Of a stretch of 64,000 bases of DNA, positions 27,752 to 38,904 are shown one piece after another. Below the pieces are notes generated by a model. That model had not been told where the DNA came from and searched no databases. It saw only the letters and a list, made by a program, of their open reading frames with translations. Numbering within the stretch: position 1 is the stretch's first letter; every line of letters begins with the position of its first letter. Both the position numbers and the translations under genes were made by a program. The stretch comes from Bigelowiella natans CCMP2755 (taxonomy: Eukaryota > Protista > Cercozoa): NCBI GenBank assembly GCA_000320545.1, contig ADNK01001114.1, positions 2,029-66,028 on the forward strand, read 5' to 3'.

Positions 27752-30009
27752 CTAGCCTAATTTCCCCATCCGTGCTTTGGCAACGACACCGTTGTACGCC
27801 TCGTTGACAATGCCCATCACAGTGAACGTTCCCCCAATCAGGGCGAGCAGATTTGTTATGAATTCATAAAAAGGCCTTCGCTTCCACTCCTTCACAACTT
27901 GCATCGGGGAGAGGTCGTAGTGGAACCTTACGTGCGCGAGCTGCTCGGAGACGTACGAATGGCTAGAAATGGTGTGCTCGTACATCTGCTTCTCGCTGCT
28001 GAGACCAAGCGGCCTCGTCAGGGTCTGCACGACCTTGAGGTAGTGCTCGTGGACGACGTGATCTTTCGGAGAGTTGAAGTTTCGACCGTACCACTTGCTC
28101 ACGAGGGCTCGATGGGAGTCGTCCTCCATCACCGCGAGCATCTGTTCCCACGACTCCGGCACGGAGTTGAAGGAGAAATGGTGCACGACGTGCGTGAAGT
28201 TGATGTGCTCGCGGTTGAAGTTATGCTCTCCAGACTTGACCGAGAACTGGACGCTAAGTGGTGGATGGTGGTGGTGGGGAAGGAGACACGCGAGAACGTC
28301 AGGCATTTGAAATTCTATCGTGAAGCTTGGTGGTGACAGGGTAGTCGTCGGAACAGCTTTGGCGCACAAGAGCAGCACATGCGTAATGGCAGTAGTTGTG
28401 GCATTTATTAAGCGAATGAGGAAATGTTGGTACTGTACTGATTACTGATGCATTGCACTATGATTTTTGCTCAGAGAAACCATATACTGGTGCTTTCATC
28501 ACAAGTACTCTGGCACTCTCCTCCTATATTTCTCCAAATGCGTGCGCGCGTATGTGTGTGAGTGTGTGTGTGCTCGTGTGGATGGTAAAGATGTTGTCCA
28601 AAACGGAACGTACTACTCTACCTTCCAGGAACACGGTGCACCAAGAGATGTCCAGATACCGAGCAGCCAACGTCACTTCGTGTCTTTCCCTTGTTCGCCA
28701 CCTTTGCCTCCTCCGCCTTCTTCTTCGAAACAGCCGCGTTCTCAGCAAAGTGGACCAGGTCGTTCACGGTCCTGGGGCCGCGGTAATTGGGGGGCACGAG
28801 ATGGCCGTTATGGAATAGCTGGATGGTGGGCAGCGCGTGCACTTGGTGCTCTTGGCACAGAGACGTGTCCTGGTTGATTATGATTGATGATGGGGATGAT
28901 GATGATGATGATGATGATGGTGATGAGGTTATGTTCCAGTGATAATGATGACGACAGGGATGATAACGTGGCAACAACTCACACTATACCACATGCACAG
29001 CTCGAAAGCACTCACGATGGGGCGCCGAGCGGAATAATAAGCAATGATTAAATCGGCTACAATCGGCTACACTCTCAGCAACGGACGGGGGACGTCTATA
29101 TATCCCTGATTAGTACCTTTGTGCATTCAACCTTTGGGAGGGTGATTGCTGCACCGCGGTTTTTCAGCACCTCCCCAGCCGATTTCCAGATGGGGTCGAG
29201 CTTTTGACACCAATGGCACCTAAAATTTCGGGGGGAAGAAATTCATAAGACGAAGATGAGCACTGCCCTCTACCGATGCGATCATTACATGATATGAAGC
29301 AATACAATGATTGTGGTGCACATGGATATCTGTTTACCGACGTGATCTGTCATCCCACGTCGAATTAAAACACAGGACATGCGATAACGTTTGTTTAAAA
29401 GTTACACAAAATGGCCTTTTCCGTGTATTTTATTCTATACTGCATCATCATCATCATCATCATCATCACGATCACAAGGTGTACTACTTACCAGCTGGCT
29501 CCGAAGTATACGAACACCCACTCGTGAGAGTCGACGTACTTGGTAAACGTGTCTGCAGCAAGCACAGTCGGTTCATACGTGTCCTTAGTCGTCGCTTCGT
29601 TGGCTACGAGATTCTCCGCCTCGCTGACATGGTCTTTTGGAGCTGCGTGGTGGTGGGAGTGATCTAGATCTGGCATCTGCTCGCCATTCTCATCAAGAGG
29701 AACCTTCTCTACATTCTTCTGAATGTCCATCACGTTGGTCCCAAGCATATCCTCAACGTCCACGCTGATATGGTCGCAGTGGCACGACGGAACGGTGACG
29801 TTGAAGTTGACCCAGATCGAAGTAGCGGAGTCCTGGTCCACCACAATCGTGGTGCTCTCGTGGCCCGCTATGAACGACCAGAGCTCTAACGTGAACAAAA
29901 GTGTCATGAACAACGCGGCAAGCATCGAGATGGTTCCGCCCCCCGACGTCTGCACACGGAAGTCCGCGGGAATCCGCTTGTAAAAGTCGAACTGTTTGAG
30001 ACTCTGCAT
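27752..30009 (-). CDS. PDI-C type protein: ERGIC_N + thioredoxin (WCHWC) + COPII-coated ERV domain, two TM helices; 4 exons
   Basis: LKQFDFYKRIPADF...GGTISM (ERGIC_N); FGASW|CHWCQKLDPIW...HALPTIQLF...YRGPRT (thioredoxin); GCSVSGHLLVHRVPG, NFTHVVHHFSF, HEHYLKVV, VRFHYDLSPMQV, FITNLLALIGGTFTV (Erv41/46 C-terminus). Confidence 0.92.
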
Positions 30010-30845
30010 GGCTACGTCTGCGTGTCTGCGTCAGCGGTCTCAGGGGAATTCAATTGCCGTTCCTCGTTGAACTTGGAGGGTCCAGAATTTGAAACGATGG
30101 ATCGGCTCGGAGAGTGGCAATTCGTCTGCTCGCGTAGCCCTTCTTCGAGCGTTGGGTGGGGAAGGTAGTAGATGAAGGTGGGGGGGTCGTACAGTGGCAG
30201 CGCCAGAATCCGCAGACAGGCTAGCTCGCGCACAGAGCAGCAATCCGACAACCGAATGCCCCGAATAAACCTAAAAAAAAAGGTCTTTCTGCTCGCAGGC
30301 CAAAGCTCGCGCTCAGCCAGCTCCGATCCGGACATGTCGCAAGTTGCGCAGACAAAATCTGTTGCTCCAAGACCATGAGGAAAACACTGGGGGATTTCAT
30401 CCAAAAATGCGAAAAACCGGCATTTCCGTGAAATGTCCGGCGCTCGTCAGCTGCTGATGTCAGTCCGATAAATTTACTCTGGGACTCTGAATTTGTCGCG
30501 TCCCACAGTATTAGTGAGTGAAGTTCGGAATTGCTACATTTGCTTTTTAGGGCAGCATCAATCCAAGGATGTTTAGGATGTTATTTCACTGTGCGTCATA
30601 ATAACCTTGATGACGCACGACTAAAAGTACCAAAACGCATTAAGATTCATGTTGGCACCGTGCGAAAGTCAAAGAACCCTTAATATTTTTTCTTACGACA
30701 TCAAAATATCGGTATTTTATAAGTAAAACTTCCTCGTATCTCTGAATCTACTCGAAACGCTGTTATTCGCCGAAGTGGCACCACACAGACGACGTGCTTC
30801 GGCCAGCGGAGGGCGCGTGTTGTTGCCCTTGACCAGAGAGTATCG

Positions 30846-31765
30846 ATGAGGCGGGTATGCAGCTTTATAGTGCATCCTTTCGCTTTCAAGCGTCTCCGAA
30901 CATGTGTGCCGACAAGGATGCTAACGGGAATGATAGCACAAAGCCACGACATGTGTCAAGGTTGCCATCCTTCGGATGATTTCGTATTGGATTAATCATT
31001 GATACAAACAGGAGGCGGGATATTGGGAACTAGAAAGCGAAGGGTATGGGCTAGACCCTTAGCAACTATGGCCACTATCACGAAACCGGCTTCGTCGGAG
31101 TCATCCAAACAAAATCCACCGGTAGTCATCGTCACTCCAGCGGTTGTATGGAAGCTCATATTGTGATGTTTGTAATACAGACCGTCGTATTCTCTTCTAA
31201 AAGGCTGCGTTCCTGCCGGATGATTCGAAAGATGATCAAGGAGATATTCGGGTTTGTTAAATCATCGCGATGATCTACAGTCCGAGACCATGACTATTTT
31301 GCTTGTCACAGCCACCCGAACGTTCCAGCAGAGGGGGAGGTGGTTAGATCTCTTCCTCCCCATAAAGATATGATCGTTGCTCTGGTTCCTGAAGATAAAG
31401 GACTGGATGTTTCCAAGCTTCGCCTCTCGTACACTTTTCAAAGTTTGAAAAATGGATGTAAATCTAAGACGTTAATTCGATCAGTTACCCTACACAACCT
31501 ATCACGGAGGATGAGGCCGGAGACATGATGATGTACACGGCAGCTCGTGTTCGTATCGACCATAGCTTACTTTTATACTATCCTCATGCTTACGATCATG
31601 TAAGTCAAATTTGCGAAGAATATGTGTTGGGTGTATGCAGCTAATTGTCTCTTTCCTTATGTGTGTCATTCAAAGCTGATGGTGGACGAATCACTGCGAT
31701 ATTGGGACGACGGGCACGTTCTTTTCGGGGATTTTGCAGAGTCTGATTCCACGAAGGAGAATTAA
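30846..31765 (+). CDS. Hypothetical ~200-aa protein, 6 exons, with an Arg-rich acid-poor N-terminus (possible mitochondrial presequence)
   Basis: Five GT-AG introns join in phase without stops: MRRVCSFIVHPFAFKRLRTCVPTRMLTG...GGILGTRKRRVWARPLATM...NPP|TVVFSSKRLRSCRMIRKMIKEIFG|HPNVPAEGEVV...KLRLS|YPTQPITEDEAGDMMMY...AYDH|LMVDESLRYWDDGHVLFGDF...KEN*. No homologue recognised. Confidence 0.65.
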
Positions 31766-32904
31766 ATATATTTTTGAGTTTTCAAAGAATTATTCATCAT
31801 AGAATGAAAACGGAAATCACGGTTTTATTGGCACTCGACTCCATCCATAAGATTTAGCTTCAGTTATCTAAGAACAAATCTAGTCGTTAAAAGAATGAGC
31901 TCGGAGTCCCAGATTTTATTATTGGAAATGAAAATCCCGATTAATCTGGCTCGAACTAATCAGCCGGGATGGCACATAGAATTTTAAATTCAGTCGATGC
32001 GCCGAGATTATAAGATGGACGGATCGTCGGGGCACGATGGTATTTATATGTACAAATATGCAATGTGGTATGCCTTGATTGAGATGAAGAAAAGTGCAGT
32101 TTGTTGTATTTATGTAAAAAATCAACATCATACATGCGGTAGTCGTGTGGTTAATAGTAGGATAATACCCGTATCTTAATATACCTGCGTGCTGTGCGTG
32201 GCGAAGCCGATTATAGCTTTGGCGAATATACTTCTTCGCTAACATAAGGCAAGGGCCCTGCTAGTAATGTCATCGCAGCTATATAAATAGTATGTAATTC
32301 GCAATGCAGGCAATGTATCTAGATGGGCGGTACATGTTTTGTGTTATTGTTGGCCATAGGCTCGATCTGTAGATGATAATGCGTGTGGCCATGCTAAGAA
32401 GTACTAGATATGCGCTGTGAGCGCGACGCACGCCCTTATAAGCGCCGTAGCCACGTATTTGAAACAAGTAGGCTCTTCGGATATCAGCCAGTGCACATGT
32501 CTGGGCAACGTCCGATGGACATCCAGCTAGAAGAACATATGGGATGAAGTCCCTCTATAGATAGCTAAGACACCACTCTGCTTGTACTCTGTGGCATTTT
32601 ATTCCCGATTGTTATTAAATTGTCGTGCTTCATTATCAGCAACGCATCGCATCGCATATACTTCTTGCTTACATGTAACATATATATATATATATATATA
32701 TAATAATAATAATATATATATTATCCGTCTACTCGTTGCGAAAGATTAATTCTATTCGGAAAAATAAAATATTTCAAAGATAAATTCGGTCATGATATAG
32801 CTGTCAGTCTATTACGATGCACAAAACCCAGAAGATAGTGTGCACGAATCAGTCATTGGATGTAGCTGTTGCATCGGCACAATTAATTTGCACAACGCCC
32901 ATCC

Positions 32905-35289
32905 TCACCATAACCAAGCTTGTGATCTAACTAAGGCACTGTTCCTCGCACGTTTTTCTATCTCCGTCATTCCAACATATTCCAGATTCTCCAAATCACA
33001 AGCCTGGATGATGTTACTGTGAAGCATGTGGATCGAGCTTAAGTCTCTTAAAACAGCCTGGTAGAGGTGTACCTGAACGTCGCAAATGAACGTCCATACT
33101 ATGAGTACCCCCTTTCATGAAACAATGGCAAACGACACGACCATATTAACAGATATTATACGAAAACAAACCTACCTTGGCTAAGGCACGTTTTTCTTGC
33201 TCCCTAAGATACATCCAGGCTGCTTCTTGAGCCTTCACAATACCTCCTTCTCGGGCGATTTCTTCCCGGTGCGGACGCGTTGGATGCATGCTGCTTCGCA
33301 TGTCCATCCAATGCAAACGCCTCCGGTGACTGATAAGAACCTTTTTGCAGCGGTCCGTCGCTGTCAAACCCTAAGTAGTTGCGCGACAAAAATCTCTGAT
33401 GTAGCCTAGGAAGTAATATCTATTCTGAATGGGCCTATCACTTCGCTACCAGGTTCCTATTACTATTATTGTTATTATTATTATTATTATTATTACCTGG
33501 ACATCCGTGGCTAAAACATCAGCATTACTGCCAACTAAAGTATCGACAAGCCTTAAGGCGTTCGTTGCAGCACTCTTATTTTTGTGAGTCTGGCCAGCCG
33601 CTGTTAGAATCGGATTTAGGTCGCCGTCGTCGTTATGCGTGTCTACATCTGCGCGAGCCTCCACGAGGTACCGAATTGTTCTTAGTTTACTATTGAAGCA
33701 TTGAATTTCCTCTGCGACTTTAGTTGCTACGCACAGCAAGGTTCTTCCTGCACAAAAACGGAACGTTAGGGAATGAAGGCTCGCAGTCGTCGTCGTCGTC
33801 GTCGTCATGACTATTTCTACAACATACCTTTCAAATCCCGCACCCGATTGACATCAAGATTCCCTTGACACGCTTCTAAAATGGTTTGTACGCCAGCCCC
33901 CCTCCGCACGGCCATTACGATTGGAAGCTCATGGCCGCCACACGAGCTAAGATCCGCCTTCCCATCAACCAGAATTTTGATCATAGCCTCGTTCTCCTGC
34001 TTGATGGCATGATGAATTGGCAGCCACCCAGTCCCATCAACAATATTCAGGTCTGCACCCGCCTCGACTAGATACGCAAGCAGCCGTACATGGCGAGATT
34101 GAGCTGTCCGATGCAGTATTGACGATTTCGGCCCCATCGAGTCTTGGGGGTTCCTGGCAACTGCATTGATATCGATTCTCTTTAGCTCCACGAGTGCTTG
34201 TATAACAATATGGCAACCCTCTTCCTGGGCCTTCTGGTACAGTGTCTCTACATTGACAGCGTTGAGGCCGATGAGGGCCTTCACGGGAATGAGAGGGAGC
34301 TCGCACACCAGCTCGATTCGCGGTCTTAAATTCGTAAGCTTGACTAACTGTATCAGGGCATCGTGCTTCTGCAATCGACAGGCTACGTCAAGATAGTTGC
34401 CCATACGATATGAAGTGTCGGCACCGCTATTTATGAGCAGCTTTATGTTTCCTAAACACTCGAATTTTACAGCGTTGTAAAGAGCTGAGATGCTATCGAC
34501 CTTGTAATTAACGTCGGCTTTCTGCTCTATAAGATACTGAACAATGTGGCAGTGAGGTGTTCTCGCTGCAACCATCAACGGAGACCTATTCATCTGACCA
34601 GGATTTCTATAATTTATACTCTGCCCTGTTTTCTCTACTAGAAACTTTACAGTTTCCAATGAGCCGCTCGGAATGGCCTTCTCTAGTGTTGTCTCGCCTT
34701 CGAAGTCAAGATCCCCATTACCAGGGGGAAACGAGTCCACAAGCCGAGTATACTCACAGCCAAAAGAGCGCATTTGTCCAATCAAATTCCTTCGCTGCCA
34801 ATCGTTTGATTTAAACTCTTTCTCCATCCACTGGTAGAAGCTCCGAAGCTTCTTCACAACCATTTCGTGGCAGTTCTTTCGCCTCGCGACAGTCTCATCG
34901 AAGGAACGTTTTAAAATCTTGACGTTGCCGAGGCTGGCGGCCATATGAACGGCGAACCTGCGCAAAATTCAATTCAGTTCCGTTGGCAGAATTGCTGGTT
35001 GTAGTCCTAGTGCAAGGGAATAAACATCGGAATAATGTTGGATCAAGATTGCCCTTGATCTCTTCATATAGAGCCGCTTAGTCTCCACAACTGAGTCTCT
35101 CGCCAATACTATATATCTCAAATGCCTACGTCTCTCCCCCTAGTGACTGATGGAAGGAAATCAAAAGGAAACGAGTGGATAAGTAGAAATTTTTATCTAT
35201 TACCTCTCGCCATTGGCTCTCCACGTCGGAGCTGTATGATCTTCGTCGTTCTCGACGTGCATAGCACTAGGAGGGCTTTCAGCCGACAT
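32905..35289 (-). CDS. Ankyrin-repeat protein, 5 exons
   Basis: Multiple ankyrin repeats: NGER|FAVHMAASLGNV, GETTLEKAIPSGSLETVKFLVE, RSPLMVAA, SALYNAV, SILHRTAQ...YLVEAGADLNIVDGTGWLPIHHA, ADVLATDVQ|GLTATD. The first and last exons are inferred from splice phase only. Confidence 0.85.
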
Positions 35290-35665
35290 GACTTTAGCTT
35301 CACAAGCAATTCGGGAGGAATTGTGGAGCGAGAGACCAATCAGATTTTGGTTTTCAAATAAGTCAACGTATCAACGGCTCAGCGACCGGTTTCAACAAAA
35401 TGATTTCGACTGACTACCGCTCCATCTATGCTACGAAAGCACCACCAACTGCAGCGAACTACGTTAAACAGGCCGGGTGAGAATACGCTCTCCTCTCCTC
35501 TCCTCTCCTCTCCCAGCTCTTTGATTGGGTGTCTGAGTTTTATGGGAGAGAAACTATTCATGAGAGTGGTTCTAAATACTATCATCTACAAGAGCGACAT
35601 TTTATTGCGAAATCCCGAGAAATTGGCCTTTTTTTTGACCTAGCGACATCTTCATACGCACAAAA

Positions 35666-36243
35666 ATGAGTCGAATCGGGACACGAAGCCGGCCCGAAAT
35701 GACACAAGGGACCGTTTTTTATTTCAAAATGTCCGACAAAACATACTGCAATTGTCCCCGACGACATGCTACCATTCGTTCTTTTCATTCGTATTCTCCT
35801 AATGAGTTCACTCTCGGAACAGAAAGCAGCAGCCAGCCTCCAGCTGTGGATGAGGAGCTTTTAGAAGCTTGTAGAAATGGACAAACTGGCACTGCCAAGA
35901 TGCTGATTGCGAACAAGCCAAATGTTCAAGCAAAGACCGACGTTGACATTGCCGCTCTCCACTTCACGGTGGTATCTTGTACGCATTGCAGGTGACTTTC
36001 GCAGAAGAGCACAAAATAAATAATGCCGGTGTTGATCGGTTCTTGAAAGCTGCTTCGAAAGCGCTCTCGAAAGATCTTGAATACTATTTCATTTTCATGG
36101 TTCCTAAGACCCCTAGAAAAGGAAAAGACATGATTGGGAATGACAAGGCGCAGGCGTATGTGACGTCGGAAGGCGGAAAACTAAAGACCCATCCCAAAGC
36201 AGAGATTGCGCAGCTTTTGTTTCCCTTCCCAATTCAGGTGTGA
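35666..36243 (+). CDS. Chimeric ankyrin-fragment / Crinkler-RHS-type restriction-endonuclease-fold C-terminal fragment (either a pseudogene or spliced via a short intron)
   Basis: One frame encodes DEELLEACRNGQTGTAKMLIANKPNVQAKTD..AALH (ankyrin). An overlapping frame encodes HGGILYALQVTFAEEHKINNAGV...YYFIFMVP...QAY...IAQLLFPF, matching the QVT-x3-H...FVVP...Q pattern I recall from CRN/RHS REase tails. The start codon is uncertain. Confidence 0.55.
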
Positions 36244-37011
36244 TGATGAATAAGACACGCGCAAGTGCCATTATCTATCTCACAGCACTTAGATGTATAT
36301 CCCGAATCAAAGAGAGGCAAAAGAGAAAGAATTCTGGCACAGAAACGAGAAAATTGTAGGCAGGCCTAGAGCAAACGCGATGTCATCTTAACAAAGCTCA
36401 TTTTGATGACAAAAGACATGTGCTGTGCCCATGATTTTTGCTATGTCATTCTAGCAATTTAGTTCAACAGTAGGTCCGCAGTAGGTGTTGTTTTGGGTTG
36501 TCAATTTTGCGACATTTCCCCTACTGAATGCAGTTGGGAAATTTTTTGTGAGGTATGATCAACGGTCTGCTGCCCCATTGGCGGTTGTAACAATTTTGTC
36601 ATCACCACTCACACATCACACACGATCACCAGCCTATTGTTATACATTGTTGTTGGCTCCGAGCCCGACATGCAACATTGCTCTGTCCGCATCGGAATCG
36701 CCAATGGCGCGCGGCTGACAGACTTCGAGCAGTCATGACAAAGAATGTCGAATACAAGCCGTGAATCGAATGCCAATGATGTCAGCATGTGTAATGTGCG
36801 CACATGCATGCAAACATCAGCGGGAAACACTCATCACTCACGCTGCACTTGCCACAGAATACTGTGCCAATGCTAGCTGCATCCGCCACGTGCGCTAACA
36901 AATGAAGAACAAAATCTTTGGATTTGGAAAAGGATTCCACAGGTGATTTCTTACGGAGCAAACAGGAGCCGACGAATTCAGAAGACACCAAAGACGATGC
37001 ATTGTACTATC

Positions 37012-37458
37012 TCAAAACTTGAAATTTCCTGTAGCATCCTTTATTACAAATTCACGATGACCGACTCGAAGAATTGCATTCTTGAAGCTCGCTTGGAATG
37101 TTTTACCACTTTTCTTTTTTGTAACCTGGTATAAAAATTAATCATTACAAAATGTTCGCATCTGCAGATGAATTATTCATTAAGCTACTGTACTTTGTCG
37201 AAAACGCAAACCATATGATTTGTTGTTTCAGGTTCCTCCAGGTCTTCATCGAGTAACTCTACATCATCCAAATTGTCGTCGTTGTCGTCGTCGCTGTCGC
37301 TAAAGTACACTGATAAAGCAACGCTCATGTGACGACAAGGAATTTCGCTTTCATTCTGTTATTTCCTTCGCCGGGAAGTAGTTTCCGGCACCATGGCAGG
37401 GAATACGACATTAAATATAGGTTATGTATCCGTGAGAGACTGGATTAGCGGAGGGAGG

Positions 37459-37493
<35 letters not shown>

Positions 37494-38420
37494 AGAAGAA
37501 GAAGAAGAAGAAGAAGAAGAAAGGAGAAAACCATCCAATCCAAAAACGAACTTACTTCCTCCTTCATTGTCGTTCTTCTCATCTGTGGATTTTGCCCGCT
37601 TAGATGAACTTGGCTCCTAAACGAAATTTATCTGAATGGCCGTCATTTTTCATGTTTGGTTGAGACTACCTCTGCATCATCAAGCTTCCGCTTTTTCCCC
37701 CCATTTGTACTTGAAGATGTTGCCATTTCTAAGAAATAAGTCACTTATTTCTAGCACTTCAAATGAAGAATTCTGATACCATTTGAGTTCATGTGCGTAT
37801 TCATGAATCTTATGCTCTTCCTCCAAAGCTGCACACAAATAGAAAAATTGGCGATTGGAATTTTAGTTCTCACGAATTGATTATCCTACTGCTCTAATTT
37901 GATCCAAATGAATCAATTTCGGTCATTACGACCTTTTTAAGCATCTCCATTTTCCTCTTAGTTTCTGGCCTCTCTCGCCCATTATCGAGCAGAAATTTCT
38001 GAGCCTTACTAACGACTTCCAAAATCGTGTCTTCATAAATTTCGTGCAAGACCAGACCATCGGCTCCCTGTGTATATGCGTATGTGTACATAATCAGACA
38101 AGTTAAGGGAGCAGGATGATGATCGCGAACATGAAGAGTGATGTGGCAGCAGTGACTACTACAAGTCTCGGATGAAGAAGTGCTTCGACGAATTTCCAAA
38201 CATAGAGTAAGATGGACGATTCCACCTTGACACCATTGCATTCAAGAGGCATGTGAGTGCTTACATGTACCTCTTTTTGCTGAAGATGAATTGCAGATTT
38301 TCCGTCTTCAAGCCTTTGCGAGTCACCCGCAGCAACCCCCTGCGCCGTACGGAGATGGGATCCAAGAGGGGCATTTACAGGGTCCTCGTTACCTTGATTC
38401 TTAGATGCGGCGTGCTGCAT
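37012..38420 (-). CDS. TOA1: Transcription factor IIA large subunit (alpha/beta, TOA1), ~7 exons
   Basis: N-domain LHEIYEDTILEVVSKAQKFLLDNG...MEMLKK|LWRKSI (cf. human KLYRSVIEDVINDVRDIFLDDG...LKTLWENKL). Acidic linker. C-domain NHMVCVFDK|VTKKKSGKTFQASFKNAILRVGHREFVIKDATGNFKF* (cf. NVVVCQYDKIHR...KDGIMNLNGRDYIFSKAIGDAEW). The start (38420 or further upstream) is uncertain. Confidence 0.85.
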
Positions 38421-38904
38421 CGCAATCTCTTGGGCAGCTCGCAGATCAGATCTGTTCTAGGGAAAGGGCACGAGGGGGCACCAGTAGTTTACTTGGCTAC
38501 GGGGATATTAGTGTTATGCAGCTTGATCAAAGATATGTCGTAGAATAAAATCTTCCTGTATATCTCTTTGTGTCTCGATTCATCAGTTTCAGCATCGGTG
38601 CGCGGGTAAGGCTGGGTGTCGAGATCCGGAAGAATCATTAGTTTTAGAAAGAGACAAATATGAATTGAAGTCGTAAGCTTTTTTCAGGTTCAAAAGAGCT
38701 CGGATTCTCTGCGGCCTATGACTTACAAGAGAAGAAATTCCGGATAGAATATTCAGAATCAAGCTGTGTTTTAACCTAAGGAATAATTTCAAAAACTAAT
38801 GTTTTCTACATCTACGACAATTATTTTCAGGTGTATTTAGCAATGTTTTGTTATTGTAGTATTTTCTCTAAGAGGTGGCACTGAAGAGAAAAGTTCGAAA
38901 AAAA
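38421..38904. promoter_or_regulatory. Putative bidirectional promoter between TFIIA and TMEM115
   Basis: AT-rich spacer of about 480 bp between divergent genes. Confidence 0.5.

Noticed and set aside
30700-31600. Decayed transposon or pseudogene (stop-riddled frames)
   Set aside because: The stops fall in GT-AG introns, and the region splices into an intact ORF.
32226-32674. Direct repeat atatacttctt...acat suggesting an LTR or MITE
   Set aside because: Only ~11 bp are identical, with no TIR, TSD or coding remnant.
38271-38460. Circularly permuted TFIIA (an upstream frame reads GLLRV...QFIFSK)
   Set aside because: The genuine beta domain was found at the normal C-terminal position (37012-37230), so the resemblance is coincidental.
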